64,000 bases of DNA, from NCBI GenBank assembly GCA_034530875.2, contig JAVRCJ020000007.1, positions 160,001 through 224,000 on the forward strand, written 5' to 3'. Numbering within the stretch: the stretch's first letter is position 1; each line of letters begins with the position of its first letter. The notes beneath the pieces were generated by a model that searched no databases, had not been told where the DNA came from, and worked only from the letters and a program-made list of their open reading frames with translations. Shown one piece after another: positions 1 through 11,170 of this stretch. This DNA is from Nostoc sp. DedSLP01 (lineage in GTDB: Bacteria > Cyanobacteriota > Cyanobacteriia > Cyanobacteriales > Nostocaceae). The translations under genes were made by a program, and so were the position numbers.

Positions 1-412
1 CACCACCCCATTGAACGATCGCAGCCCAACCTTCCACACAAACATGACGGATAATCATAGAAGCCAGCGGCAAAGCTTGAATATCTGCCATACTGAGGCT
101 CAGAGGATTATTGACCTCACCATCAACAATTAAACGATATTTTTCTAAATCAATAATTGGATTATACCTGAAGCTATTAACTATTAATGCTTCTGGTTCG
201 ATTTCGCTGAGAGAAAATTCTGGTATCAGCTTTTGTGGTTGAAAGATTAATTTTTCAACCTTTTGATTTAGTGGTTCAGAAAGTTTCCCAACGACATCTT
301 CAAATAGCGGCGTTCCACAGCCACCAAGAAAAAAACTTATACCAGAAACTCCAGATATTTGTAAAAATTTGCGGCGTGTTAATTGTGGATGCTTGGCACG
401 AAATAAGTTCAT
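1..412 (-). CDS. Molybdopterin-dependent oxidoreductase (MsrP/sulfite oxidase family), 5' part; runs off the window start
   Basis: Hand translation from ATG at 412: MNLFRAKHPQLTRRKFLQ (twin-arginine signal)...YRLIVDGEVNNPLSLS...RHVCVEGWAAIVQWGG, the Moco-binding CVEGW motif. Not in the ORF track because it is truncated by the window edge. Confidence 0.85.
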   Translation of the reverse strand, partial: MNLFRAKHPQLTRRKFLQISGVSGISFFLGGCGTPLFEDVVGKLSEPLNQKVEKLIFQPQKLIPEFSLSEIEPEALIVNSFRYNPIIDLEKYRLIVDGEVNNPLSLSMADIQALPLASMIIRHVCVEGWAAIVQWGG

Positions 413-1011
413 AGTTCAAAAGTTAATATTTAGCAATTAGCGAAACCTGGCTTTTGTCATTTGTGCAAGTGTTTACAACCGGAAATAGTGCAATATTTTA
501 GCGGATCGACTTAGTACTGAATTTTAGCCTGATTTGGTACTAGTTTTTTACAAAGTTCTAATAACAAGCACTGGGGGGAAAATCGCTGTAATTTGCCCTG
601 TGTTTCGCTAAAACCAAGGCTCAAGTATTCAATATGACTTTTCCATCATCTTTGACACTGATAACAGTTGAATATTTTTGACAAATAAGCTAGATACATT
701 TTCTCAAATTTTGGTACTATAGCTTGCTTAGACTCAACTAGGTAATTTTCAGATGTTACAGAGAATCATAGTTGAGGAAAGCGATCGCAAAAATTTACTT
801 TGACAACTCTCAGTACTATTCACTTCTTCTTGCTTGCGAAAAAAACAGGGAAATTATCGAAACTATTCGGTCTAAAACCGAACTTCGTTCAAAGTTTTTG
901 GAACGGAGTATATATAAATCCTCGTTAAAAAAACGGTCTCCTGCCGACGCTCGCAGACTCGCTAACGCTGCGCTATCCTGCCCCCTGCCTCCTGCCTTCG
1001 TTAATAAAACC

Positions 1012-4000
1012 TCACCATTGAGGATTTGCCATAATTAATGCTGACGCATCTGAACTATTTAATGGAGGCGAGAAAAAATATCCTTGAGCATATTCACAGT
1101 TCAATTTTCTAATAAAAGCTAGTTGCTCTTGTGTCTCTATTCCTTCAGCAGTAACCTGTATCCCTAATTTGTGTGCTAGGCTAACAATTATCTCAATAAT
1201 TTCTAAATTTTTATTATTAGAATTCATCTGACTGATGAAACATTTATCAATCTTCAATACACTAATTGGAAAGCTAGAAATCCGGGCTAATGAAGAGTGA
1301 CCCGTACCAAAGTCATCAATTGATATTTTAACGCCTAAATCTTGAATTTGTGAGAGAGTAGCGGTTGTGCGATCGCCGTTTTCCATAATTAAGCTTTCAG
1401 TAATTTCTAGAATTAGAATGCTGCGATCGATACCACTTGAGTCTAAAATCTGCTCAATCTGCTTAATTAAATTCGGCTGAGAAAACTGCTTAATAGAGAG
1501 ATTAACATGGATTTTTTCTAGCACACTGGGACACTCATTGAGCCGCCAAGCTTGCATTTGGTGGCACGCCTCATGCATTGTCCAGTAGCCAATCTCGATA
1601 ATTAGTCCAGTTTCTTCTGCTAAAGAAATAAAATCTCCTGGACTAACCAAACCACGTTCTGGATGTTGCCAGCGCAGCAAAGCCTCAAAACCAACAATAG
1701 AACCACTAGCGAGGGAAATAATCGGTTGATAATAAACTCGAAATTCTCGACGTTCGATTGCACGGCGTAAATCGTTTTCTAAATGCAATCTGGCTATAGC
1801 TGACGCATACATATCTGAATTGAATAACTCGTAGCGCGCTCTGCCTGATGCCTTAGCTCGGTACATTGCTGTATCCGCATCTCGAAGCAGCTCTTCTGGT
1901 TGGTTATAGTCTACTGTTGAACTTAAAGCGATACCAATACTGGCGGTGGCGAAAACTTCTTGTCCGTCAAGCTCAATTGGTAACACCAATTCTTGTTGAA
2001 TCCGTTCAGCTAATTTGATAGCATCTGAGGCATCTTGAATTGGTTCAACTAAAATAGTAAATTCATCTCCTCCAAGCCTTGCTCCTAAATCCGAAGGTCG
2101 CAGACATACTTTTAGTCTACTAGCGATCGCCAGCAAGAATCGATCTCCAATTATGTGCCCAAGACTGTCATTAATTACCTTAAACCGATCTAAATCGATA
2201 AACAGTACAGCAAATAAATAATTCTCTTGTAGCTTAGTTTGCTGGAGTGCATATTTTAAGCGTTCTATAAACAAAGCTCGGTTTGGTAAATCTGTTAGCG
2301 CATCATAAAAAGCATTATGCAGCAATTGTTCTTCTACTCGTTTGCGCTCCGTAATATCATGGGTATGCCCGAGAATCTGATAAATTTGTCCATGTTCGTT
2401 TAACAGTGGAACGTAAGTAACAATTATGGTAAAAATCCCGCTAGGCAAATTAATCTGACACTCTCCAGTTTGTAAGGTGCGTGTCTCTACAGTTTTTTTC
2501 AGCAGTGGTAAATAACTATTTGTAACTTCAAATGGAAATAGTTCTTCATCTGTATGACCAATAAGTTCTTCCTCAGAATAACCACTGCGGTTAATGCCAA
2601 AAGCATTGATAAATTGCAACCGTCGCTCGGCATCATAAATTACAAATGGATGAGGGATATTATCAATTGCCAATCGAAATCGCTGTTCGCTCAGATGCAA
2701 AGCTTCTTCTACTTGTTTGCGCTCGGCAATCTCAGCTTCTAGTTGTCTGTTAGTCTCTAAAAGTTGAGCAAATGATTCTTGTAATTGAGTAGCCATTTGG
2801 TTATGAGCCTGAGCGAGAACTCTTAGTTCTTCAATACCCTCTACTGCAACAGTTTCGTCTAATTTTCCCTTAGCAATTTCCTGAGAGGCTAAAATTAAGC
2901 GGATAATTGGTTGGCTAATCCAATGAGAAGTAATCACTCCCGTTATTGTAGTCAGTATCAATGTTCCTAAGCACAGCAAAATAGTGATTCTTGTATTGGC
3001 TTCGATATGTTCCATAAAGTCGGCTTCTGGAACCACTACGACAATTACCCAATCGAGTCCGTAGTCATCTTCAAAGGGCATTAGATAGATGAATTGCCGC
3101 TTACCGTCAATTTCAAAGTCTAGCTGCTGGGTAGAATGGATGTTTTTAAAGTTAACAAAGCGTGTATTCAAATACTGTGCTGTTAAACGAGTGACACGAT
3201 CTCTACTCGCCAAAGATGTCACCCGTTTATGCTTTTTTTTTCCTGAGGAATTATTAGGTATAAAAAGTTGTTCGTTTGTAGAACTAGCTACTAAATTTCC
3301 AGAGCGCTCGATAATAAATGTCTTTCCCGAACGTCCAATTTTTAAACTTTGTAAAAATTTACTAATTTGAGATAGAGATAACGTTGTATTTGTGACACCT
3401 AATAAAGTATTATTTTGCCCGTAAATAGGCCGGGTAGCGCTGATTGCTAGCCCTGATGAAGAAAAATAAGGATAAATTTCAGTCCAAGTATTTTTACCTG
3501 CTTTTACTGCTTTTGTATACCAAGGACGAGTACGAGGATCGAAACTGGTGCTAACTCGAATTAAATTAGTAGGATTACCTTGGCTATCGGTGTTATAAGT
3601 ATAGTATTTACCACTTGTTGATGCATTTTTCATACGGATTACTAGCGAACCATCATGCAAGCGATCTACCGCATAAATATCTCCTTGCTCGCTTCCAAAA
3701 GCGATGGGGCTAAAAGACTTGAATAATTGCATTTGATACCAGAAATGGCGTTGTAGACTTTTGGATTGTTTCAAATTCAACTCGCCAAAACGAATGGCAT
3801 TCGTATTTATTTGAGTGACGAGTTGGGGTTTCTCCATGTAATCTGTGATATATGAATGAATCCGATTTGCTATTTCATTCCTTAAATGAATAGCAACCTC
3901 ATCAACAGCTTTCTGCCCATTTTTTAACGACAAGAATGCTGTTAGTCCCACAGATGCAAAAATTTGCAGTACAAAAGGTACTACTAAAACTACACGGAGT

Positions 4001-4053
4001 GGCATTCTCGTAAACCCAATAAAGATTGGAGAACATAAATTTCGCCGTGTCAT
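1012..4053 (-). CDS. Membrane diguanylate cyclase/phosphodiesterase (Cache-HAMP-PAS-GGDEF-EAL)
   Basis: Two TM segments, FDPRTRPWY Cache motif, HAMP, PAS ending HDITERK, RLGGDEF, FEALLRW, DDFGTG. Confidence 0.93.
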   Translation of the reverse strand: MTRRNLCSPIFIGFTRMPLRVVLVVPFVLQIFASVGLTAFLSLKNGQKAVDEVAIHLRNEIANRIHSYITDYMEKPQLVTQINTNAIRFGELNLKQSKSLQRHFWYQMQLFKSFSPIAFGSEQGDIYAVDRLHDGSLVIRMKNASTSGKYYTYNTDSQGNPTNLIRVSTSFDPRTRPWYTKAVKAGKNTWTEIYPYFSSSGLAISATRPIYGQNNTLLGVTNTTLSLSQISKFLQSLKIGRSGKTFIIERSGNLVASSTNEQLFIPNNSSGKKKHKRVTSLASRDRVTRLTAQYLNTRFVNFKNIHSTQQLDFEIDGKRQFIYLMPFEDDYGLDWVIVVVVPEADFMEHIEANTRITILLCLGTLILTTITGVITSHWISQPIIRLILASQEIAKGKLDETVAVEGIEELRVLAQAHNQMATQLQESFAQLLETNRQLEAEIAERKQVEEALHLSEQRFRLAIDNIPHPFVIYDAERRLQFINAFGINRSGYSEEELIGHTDEELFPFEVTNSYLPLLKKTVETRTLQTGECQINLPSGIFTIIVTYVPLLNEHGQIYQILGHTHDITERKRVEEQLLHNAFYDALTDLPNRALFIERLKYALQQTKLQENYLFAVLFIDLDRFKVINDSLGHIIGDRFLLAIASRLKVCLRPSDLGARLGGDEFTILVEPIQDASDAIKLAERIQQELVLPIELDGQEVFATASIGIALSSTVDYNQPEELLRDADTAMYRAKASGRARYELFNSDMYASAIARLHLENDLRRAIERREFRVYYQPIISLASGSIVGFEALLRWQHPERGLVSPGDFISLAEETGLIIEIGYWTMHEACHQMQAWRLNECPSVLEKIHVNLSIKQFSQPNLIKQIEQILDSSGIDRSILILEITESLIMENGDRTTATLSQIQDLGVKISIDDFGTGHSSLARISSFPISVLKIDKCFISQMNSNNKNLEIIEIIVSLAHKLGIQVTAEGIETQEQLAFIRKLNCEYAQGYFFSPPLNSSDASALIMANPQW

Positions 4054-4741
4054 CTACGGGCAAATCCAAAAATTATGTTACAGAAGAATTTTTGAGCAAA
4101 TTTGCTATTTTACATAGCTATTTCTCCATTCTATTTAAACTTATTTACAGAGGCGGTAATTAGTAGATCCTGCTCCAGTGCGTTACAAAAGTTACAAATA
4201 ATTTAAAACTAAACGGTATAGTTTAGCTATGCGACAAATAAAAGTTGCGAATTTTGTTGAAAAGTCCGAAATTGACTTATATTCGTCACAATTTGATACC
4301 CAGAAGTAACAAACATCAAGATAACGAATAGCAACTATAGGAATCTGATTTAATTCGAGAATCACTCGTTTAAAGGCTATCTATAAAGTAAAAATAAAAT
4401 TTTTGTAGGGTATCTTAGGTGCGTATTTCGAGATTAATTGTCACGATAAATATGAAATGAGTACCTAACGCACCAGCTTGTATATCGGTGCGTTACGACT
4501 TGAGCCTAACTATAAGCTCATGGTTGTAACAATTCTTTAATATAATCTTTTGCCAACTGGTTGTAGGGAAACCTGGTCATTAGCTGATTTTTGAGCTTAG
4601 GAGTATTTTACAAGTAGCGCTTTTGGGCGAATCAAGAGATTTTGCCTACAGTCTACCTGAAGAACATGACCAGGTGCGATCGCTCCAATAGAATTTCAAA
4701 TTCAGCTAAATAATCTTTCTTATCTAGTGATTTTGATAAAT

Positions 4742-5620
4742 TTACCAGTTTCGCCACCCGCCTTTGGGTGCGACTTCATCAGTAGTAGACTTGAGTCCGT
4801 GACCTTGAATTAAAGATTGATATTCTGTACTGCTTGCCCAGCGGTCAATTTCTCGCGCGCGTAGTACTGGTACTGGATGAGTTAATTGGGCTGTACGGGC
4901 AGCTTTGACCATTTCACCGAGTTCGGTCTTGCTAATATCATCGTAAGCGCGGGCTTGAGCAACGAAGGCATCGAGGTTGAGTTGTGGCGCTAAGGTAGGA
5001 GAACCACCAGCTAGTTTCATCAAGACGGACATCACAACTTTAGGGTCTTGGGTTGCTAGCAATGCGGCGCGATCGCAGGTAAACTCAGCACAGCGTACCC
5101 ATTCCAAAAGTTGTGCTTGTATTGCTTGGGCAATGAAGCCTCCGACATTCGGCACAATTGCCGCAGCTAATATTAATAAATTTACTGGCGTCAAATAAAC
5201 GCTATGGTCGCATTTGAGATGTCCCAACTCGTGGGCAATTACTGCTTGGATTTCTTCTGGCGTGAGGATATCAATTAAGGATGTGTGTACAACAATAAAA
5301 GGTTGCTTACCCCGCACAGCAAACGTATAAGCATTGGGAGCAGGATGCTGCCGGACATACAACTGAGGCGGCTCTATATCCAGGATTTTACAAGCTTCTA
5401 ATAACAGCTGGTGTAAATCGGGCAGTTGTTTTTCACCCACCAGAACACTTGAGGCAATATTTTCCACATAAAAAACCTGCTCTGCCATTGGCCCGAGCCA
5501 ATTTCGCACCAACATATCTATGCCTGGTATCTGCCTAAGCGCATTAGTAGCTTCCAGGTCTAACGGATGACGAAATGAATCAGCTTTTAAACCAATCAGG
5601 GGGCTTTTAAACAAGGACAT
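4742..5620 (-). CDS. M48 family zinc metallopeptidase
   Basis: AHELGH (HExxH), EFTCDRAA and THP motifs; start taken at MSLFKSP (ATG 5620). Confidence 0.9.
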   Translation of the reverse strand: MSLFKSPLIGLKADSFRHPLDLEATNALRQIPGIDMLVRNWLGPMAEQVFYVENIASSVLVGEKQLPDLHQLLLEACKILDIEPPQLYVRQHPAPNAYTFAVRGKQPFIVVHTSLIDILTPEEIQAVIAHELGHLKCDHSVYLTPVNLLILAAAIVPNVGGFIAQAIQAQLLEWVRCAEFTCDRAALLATQDPKVVMSVLMKLAGGSPTLAPQLNLDAFVAQARAYDDISKTELGEMVKAARTAQLTHPVPVLRAREIDRWASSTEYQSLIQGHGLKSTTDEVAPKGGWRNW

Positions 5621-5992
5621 AGTGCAGCAAGCTATAAAAAATACAACTATGGAAGCTGGCTGGTTCAAGAAACAGCCTTCCACAGATAGTATAGCGATTT
5701 AAGTAGAGTAGGCATTACTCGCTAAAGATATGCAGCTCTTGTCGGAGGAGATGAGGGAGATGAGAGTCAAAGGGCAGAGAGACAAGGGAGACAAGGGGAA
5801 TAATTCTTAACTCCTAACTCTTGGAAAGACTTGGGTTAATTGCGTCTCTCCTAACTCTCAATATTGGGCGCATTGTTAATTGCTCATTCTTAACTATTAA
5901 CTCCTAACTCAGCACAGGCTAAACGCCCCGCGAACAAAACTCCTCATCTTCCTCATCTTCCTCATGAGAGCATCAATCTCAACCTATAAATT

Positions 5993-7360
5993 TCAACTTG
6001 ACAAGCTACTGACGCTGGGAGTGATTTGTGGATTTGCTGATGCTTCGCCTACGCGTTGAATTTTAGCTCCCAATTGCAGCAATTTGGCATCAAGTCGATC
6101 GTAACCGCGATCGAGGTGCTGTAATCCCTGAATTGTGGTTTTTCCTTCTGCTGCTAGTCCTGCTAACACTAATGCTGCCGATGCTCGCAAGTCTGTGCCT
6201 AATACTGGTGCGCCAGACAGCTTCGGAACACCCCTGACGAAAGCAGCATTGCCTTTGACACGAATATCTGCCCCCAAACGATTTAACTCTGAAGCATGAC
6301 GCAAGCGATTTTCAAAGACAGATTCGTTAATTACGCTGTCGCCTTCAGCCAATGTCAGCAAGGACATAAATGGCGCTTGCATATCTGTGGGAAAACCTGG
6401 ATGGTATTGCGTTTCGATATCTGTTGCTTTCAGAGTTGTTGCTGGGAGGACACGTAAGTGGTCGGGTGCTTCCTCGATGATTGTCACTCCAATATCGCGC
6501 AGCTTGGCAATCACTGGGATGAGATGTTCTGGAGCCACCGGTGAGAGGCTAAGTTCTGAACGGGTAATTGCTGCTGCGACTAAGAACGTGCCTGCTTCAA
6601 TGCGATCGGGGATAATACTGTAGTCAACAGAATGCAACTTGGGGACTCCTTCGATGATAATTCTGCTAGTCCCCGCCCCAGTAATTTTTGCTCCCATCGC
6701 GTTACAGAAGTTAGCCAAATCAACTACTTCTGGTTCTCTGGCAGCGTTTTCAATAATTGTTTCGCCTTCTGCTAAGGTAGCCGCCATCATCAAATTTTCT
6801 GTGGCTCCGACACTGGCGATGTCTAAGTAAATTTTCGCTCCTTTTAATCTCTTGCTGCTACCAGGAACGTAGGCATTACAAATACCATGTTCAATCTGTA
6901 CCTCAGCTCCCATTGCTTGCAGTCCCCGGACATGCAAATCAACTGGTCTTGCTCCAATGGCACAACCACCTGGTAAGGGCATCTGCGCTACTCCCAGTCT
7001 TGCTAAAATCGCACCAATGGCGAAAAAACTCGCTCTCAACTGGGTAACTAGTTCGTAAGGAGCTTTTGATGTTTTAATTTCGCTGGCGTTGATGTCTAAG
7101 ATGTCGCCGTTACGTGTTATACGTAGACCCAAAGCCGATAACACCTGACCCATGCGTTCGACATCTGCCAATAAGGGAACATTGCGGATGCGGCAATCAC
7201 CCGGACACAGCAAGGCTCCAGCCATGATTACTAATGCTGCATTTTTTGCCCCGCTAATTTTCACATGACCCTGCAAAGGATGCCCGCCCCAAATTTGCAA
7301 AACTGAGGAGTCTGCTTTCGGAGCAAATTTAGCATCTGGTAAGCTGGTAGAAGGATTAAT
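5993..7360 (-). CDS. murA: UDP-N-acetylglucosamine 1-carboxyvinyltransferase
   Basis: [50 protein letters not shown]. Start extended to an ATT at 7360 behind GGAGG; the ORF track starts at TTG 7300. Confidence 0.95.
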   Translation of the reverse strand: MNPSTSLPDAKFAPKADSSVLQIWGGHPLQGHVKISGAKNAALVIMAGALLCPGDCRIRNVPLLADVERMGQVLSALGLRITRNGDILDINASEIKTSKAPYELVTQLRASFFAIGAILARLGVAQMPLPGGCAIGARPVDLHVRGLQAMGAEVQIEHGICNAYVPGSSKRLKGAKIYLDIASVGATENLMMAATLAEGETIIENAAREPEVVDLANFCNAMGAKITGAGTSRIIIEGVPKLHSVDYSIIPDRIEAGTFLVAAAITRSELSLSPVAPEHLIPVIAKLRDIGVTIIEEAPDHLRVLPATTLKATDIETQYHPGFPTDMQAPFMSLLTLAEGDSVINESVFENRLRHASELNRLGADIRVKGNAAFVRGVPKLSGAPVLGTDLRASAALVLAGLAAEGKTTIQGLQHLDRGYDRLDAKLLQLGAKIQRVGEASANPQITPSVSSLSS

Positions 7361-7678
7361 AATCTTACCTCCAAAAGTAATACGTATTTTATGTGCCTGA
7401 AGTTGGTTTTGATTCTACATTAAAGATTTAATTTGTCCACATTTTAAGACAACATCTTTGATTGAAAAATGTGTTTTTGAGCCACAAGCAAGGCTCAGAG
7501 CCAGTAGGAGCAAGGTTTTCAACTTTTTGAAAAATTTCACAAAAAAGAATGGTTAAGTACCACTTACAAGTAAAAAATATTACTCAGGAATAAAGCCTAA
7601 GTATTTGTTAAAAATCGATACTCGACTAGAGATTCGTAACATATCAGTGCTAACGCATAACGAAATATAACGGTAATT

Positions 7679-8242
7679 CTATTTCGTATTGGATGCTTCA
7701 GCAGGCGAAAAACTAAACTGCGATTTAATATTCCACCGTCTGCCATCGTGAAGCAATAAAGTTAGTTCGTCAGCTGTAAACTCAAAATACAATTGACGCT
7801 TTTCAAATTCTGGCCAAGCAGCTTTAAAATTTTGCTTTGTTAAATCTCGAAATGCAACTGTCATGTGGGGTTTAAAAGGTCGCGTTTTAGAAACTTCGTC
7901 AACAACTCTCAATTTGCTTTCTAGATAAGTGAGTAAATCAGCTTGCAAAGTCAAAAGTTCTGGAGTTTTCACCACATCAATATATATAACGCGGGGTGGA
8001 AAGGCTGCAAATCCGTTGAGTGTAATCGGTACTGGTTTTTGTTCGCTAGCAAATTCCTTCAAAGATGCTTCTAGCAATGGGAAGTTAGCATCTGCCCATT
8101 CAAATGGCGGTTGCAAGGTAATATGAGGCGGAGACTTTTGTGCGCCGCGGCTGGCGTAATTGTCAGCAAAATACTGCTTGATTTGATTAGCGTAGTCCTG
8201 AATATCTTGTGGCGGTAAAAGTGCAATGAAAAAACGACTCAT
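7679..8242 (-). CDS. 2'-5' RNA ligase / 2H phosphoesterase family protein
   Basis: Two HxT motifs (PHITL, PHMTV) and N-terminal RFFIAL. Confidence 0.88.
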   Translation of the reverse strand: MSRFFIALLPPQDIQDYANQIKQYFADNYASRGAQKSPPHITLQPPFEWADANFPLLEASLKEFASEQKPVPITLNGFAAFPPRVIYIDVVKTPELLTLQADLLTYLESKLRVVDEVSKTRPFKPHMTVAFRDLTKQNFKAAWPEFEKRQLYFEFTADELTLLLHDGRRWNIKSQFSFSPAEASNTK

Positions 8243-8561
8243 TGAATTTTAGATTATGGGAATATTTCTATGATCGTAATTTTTTTGCCTGAAAGTCTGG
8301 TTTAAAAAGGATTTTTGTTTTTACTCTAAATAGAGTGTCAAAGAGCGATATGGTGCTTGGTAGTAAAGCTGTAATGCAAGCAATGGCAGTTATGACTCAG
8401 ATGTTTCCTGACTTGTAAGTGGGGAGTAGGGAGTAGGGGAAAGACCACTTTCATACTTGGTGGTGAAACTTCTTTCATCAGGACTGCCCTGCTTGAGATT
8501 ATCGTTACCACTAGGAATCTAAAATTTAAAATCCAAAATTGTTATACAAGGTCGCAAGCAG

Positions 8562-8828
8562 ATGCCAATATTCGTAAAGATTGAACAAGGGAAAGTCGAT
8601 AAATCTACCTTTGACCGATACGTACCTGCCCATAAAGCCTACGTTGAGGAGTTGATTGCTAAAGGACACAAAGCCAGAACAGGCTATTGGGCAGAAGCGC
8701 GAGGCGGGATGTTACTGTTTGAGGCAGCTTCAAGGGCTGAGGCAGAAGCGATTGTTGCCAGCGATCCCTTGGTGCAACACGGTTGTGTGGACTACCAGCT
8801 TTATGAATGGCGAATTGTTATGGAATAA
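8562..8828 (+). CDS. YciI family protein
   Basis: H...GGMLLFEA...DPLV pattern, 88 aa. Confidence 0.85.
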   Translation: MPIFVKIEQGKVDKSTFDRYVPAHKAYVEELIAKGHKARTGYWAEARGGMLLFEAASRAEAEAIVASDPLVQHGCVDYQLYEWRIVME

Positions 8829-8865
8829 GACACATTTACTGACTTTTGATGTTATGCTTTTATAA

Positions 8866-8960
8866 GACCTGGATCTATGCGACTGCAACACCCAAACCTT
8901 GTCAGAACCGGAAGGTAGCAGCAACACGGGAGGCTTGTGGTAGGCGTAGTCTCCGGGTCG
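8866..8960 (+). ncRNA. ffs: Signal recognition particle RNA (4.5S)
   Basis: Long hairpin with ends GACCTGGA/TCCGGGTC and the conserved domain IV TCAGAACCGGAAGGTAGCAGCA; extended -10-like TGTTATGCT just upstream. Confidence 0.92.
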
Positions 8961-8987
8961 CCCTATTTCTAGGAGCGTTCAGCAGAA

Positions 8988-9371
8988 ATGCCTGGTTTTG
9001 GAGATATTGTTCAAAAAGCTTTTTACCTTGGCGTGGGATTAGCTTCTTACGCTGGAGAAAAAGCAGGGGGGAAATTAGCCGAACTGCGATCGCAAGTCCA
9101 AAAACTGGCAGATGAAATGGTAGCCAAGGGCGAAATGACCACAGAAGAAGCTCGTCGCTTTGTCGAAGATATGATGAAGCAAGCCCAGCAGCCCCCAGCA
9201 TCTGGTGAAACCCCTGAAAAAACTCCTCCTTCAGAACCTCGCCGCATCGAAATTTTAGAGGAAGATGAAGAACTAACGGTGAAAGAGCCATCAGGCGAGA
9301 ACGTGGATAACTTACGCCAACAAGTGCTAGAACTGCAAGAAGAGTTAAAACGATTGCAACGCGATGAGTAA
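8988..9371 (+). CDS. Phasin-family / polyhydroxyalkanoate-granule-associated-like protein
   Basis: KAFYLGVGLA...DEMVAKGEMTTEEARRFV pattern and C-terminal coiled coil; AGGAG upstream. Confidence 0.75.
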   Translation: MPGFGDIVQKAFYLGVGLASYAGEKAGGKLAELRSQVQKLADEMVAKGEMTTEEARRFVEDMMKQAQQPPASGETPEKTPPSEPRRIEILEEDEELTVKEPSGENVDNLRQQVLELQEELKRLQRDE

Positions 9372-9527
9372 AAAGCGTTATTTTAGCTTTAAGCTTCAGT
9401 TAAAACTGGCATTTTGATATGGCGTTACATATAAAAATCTAATATGATACGTTGCCTAGTATAATTTAGTGCTTCAAATAGGACAGCACAGCATCTCCTG
9501 CTTATAGCCTGTAAAGGCATCAAGTTT

Positions 9528-9929
9528 ATGGAACAATGGCAAAAAGATTTAATAGAAATTGTAGAAACAGTGGCAGATGAAGTAGAGCATTTCTTCCTGG
9601 GAATGGGTGAAATGGTAGATGCTTTTTTTGAGCTAACGGAAGAAATTACCGAGCAAGTACACAGTAACATTGTCACTGAAGTCGATCGGTATTTACAAGA
9701 TTTAGCCGAACCGATGATAGAAGCTTACTGGGATTTGGAAGACGTTGTAACAGATATAGACCCGAGTTTTCCTTATTCAATGGAACCCACAGCTGAAAAA
9801 AATCCAGCTTGTATGGGTTGTATTCACTATCACGGTCAAGTTTATGGCGGTAACTTGTTAGTTTGTGCCATGCATCCCCACGGTTATGAAGATGAGAATT
9901 GTCCAGACTGGGAGAAGGAAAAGTTTTGA
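9528..9929 (+). CDS. Conserved cyanobacterial hypothetical protein with C-terminal Cys/His motif
   Basis: Acidic helical N-terminus; CMGCIHYHG...CAMHPHG...CPDW. Confidence 0.7.
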   Translation: MEQWQKDLIEIVETVADEVEHFFLGMGEMVDAFFELTEEITEQVHSNIVTEVDRYLQDLAEPMIEAYWDLEDVVTDIDPSFPYSMEPTAEKNPACMGCIHYHGQVYGGNLLVCAMHPHGYEDENCPDWEKEKF

Positions 9930-10077
9930 GTGGGACTGGGAAGATGGCTTCTCCAAGGGAAAGGAGAAAAGGGCAAGGGGCAAAGGGAATAAACGTTACA
10001 TACATTCCTTTTCCCTTTAACCTTTCCCCCTTTCCCTACCCGAACGGTTTTGACCAATGACTAATGACAAATCACAA

Positions 10078-10497
10078 ATGACAACTAACAATTTACCTGA
10101 GAGTGTATCCCAGCCAAGCCAAGAAATGAAGTATGGCGAGCGTAATATTGCTGAAGGCAAATTAATTACCTTTCCTAATCCGCGTGTGGGTAGGCGATAT
10201 GACATTAGCATTAGTTTGCCGGAATTTACTTGTAAATGCCCGTTTTCGGGGTATCCTGATTTTGCGACTATTTATATTACATATCAGCCTGATGAACGAG
10301 TAGTGGAGTTGAAGGCACTCAAGCTTTACATTAATAGTTACCGCGATCGCTATATTTCTCACGAAGAATCTGCTAATCAAATTTTGGATGATTTTGTCGC
10401 AGCTTGCGACCCCTTAGAAGTCACTGTAAAAGCCGATTTCACCCCCCGCGGCAATGTTCATACCGTCGTTGAAGTACGTCACCAAAAGGCTGATTAA
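10078..10497 (+). CDS. queF: NADPH-dependent 7-cyano-7-deazaguanine (preQ0) reductase
   Basis: PEFTCKCPFSGYPDFA, VELKALKLY, SHEE, PRGNV; the upstream ATG at 10057 lies in STRR repeats. Confidence 0.95.
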   Translation: MTTNNLPESVSQPSQEMKYGERNIAEGKLITFPNPRVGRRYDISISLPEFTCKCPFSGYPDFATIYITYQPDERVVELKALKLYINSYRDRYISHEESANQILDDFVAACDPLEVTVKADFTPRGNVHTVVEVRHQKAD

Positions 10498-10680
10498 TTA
10501 TTGGGCATGGCATCGAGCATTGGGAGATGGGGAGCAGAGGAGGCAGAGGGGGCAGGGGGAGAAAGAATTAATGACTAATGACTAATGACTAAATAACTAA
10601 ATAACTAATGACATTAACAGCCAAGATGTGTAAAGTAGTTGAAGATCAGTTAGCCAATCTAATCTTTAACGCATCCATCT

Positions 10681-10929
10681 ATGGATAGAAAAAGTAAAAA
10701 AACCCGACGCCTTTTGCTGCTAGTTGTTTCCTGTAGTGTGACAGGTGTAATTTTAGGAGGTACTGCTAGTTGGGCAGAAAGCAATCTGTGTTTGCAAGAT
10801 AGCAAGGTTACAAGTGATTGTCTAACCCAAGACCCAATCGAAAAAACTATCCAAGGGATGAGTGCAGGATTGGTAGCTGGGGCTGGGGCTGCTTTTGGTG
10901 CAGCATGGCAGTTACGCCATGAAGACTAA
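10681..10929 (+). CDS. Small membrane hypothetical protein
   Basis: Two hydrophobic segments with a Cys pair between them. Confidence 0.6.
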   Translation: MDRKSKKTRRLLLLVVSCSVTGVILGGTASWAESNLCLQDSKVTSDCLTQDPIEKTIQGMSAGLVAGAGAAFGAAWQLRHED

Positions 10930-11170
10930 GTTAATATACACCCAAGTTTAATCGAAACTTTATTAGTTATAGCAGGAGGCAGAAGGCAGGAGGAAAAGTC
11001 TTACTATTCCCAGCATTCAAGCTTTTTAAATCTCCTAACATATCTGGCTACAGCTATATTAGTTTTCTATTACAAAGTCTGAGCGCCGACAACCGACGCT
11101 CAGATTTTGTGCTTTGTCATTGGGGGACAAACCTTGCAAGTTAGACATCCAAGTTTATTGGCGTAAAAGC

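Noticed and set aside
772..1038. 88-aa ORF
   Set aside because: Runs through dispersed repeats and overlaps the end of the GGDEF-EAL gene; likely spurious
4182..4198. GTTACAAA direct repeat as an RpaB/HLR1 site
   Set aside because: Period is 9 nt rather than the 10 nt expected for HLR1; too weak to call
8730..9291. Overlapping ORFs across ffs and the phasin gene
   Set aside because: Explained by the SRP RNA and antisense or alternative frames of the phasin-like gene
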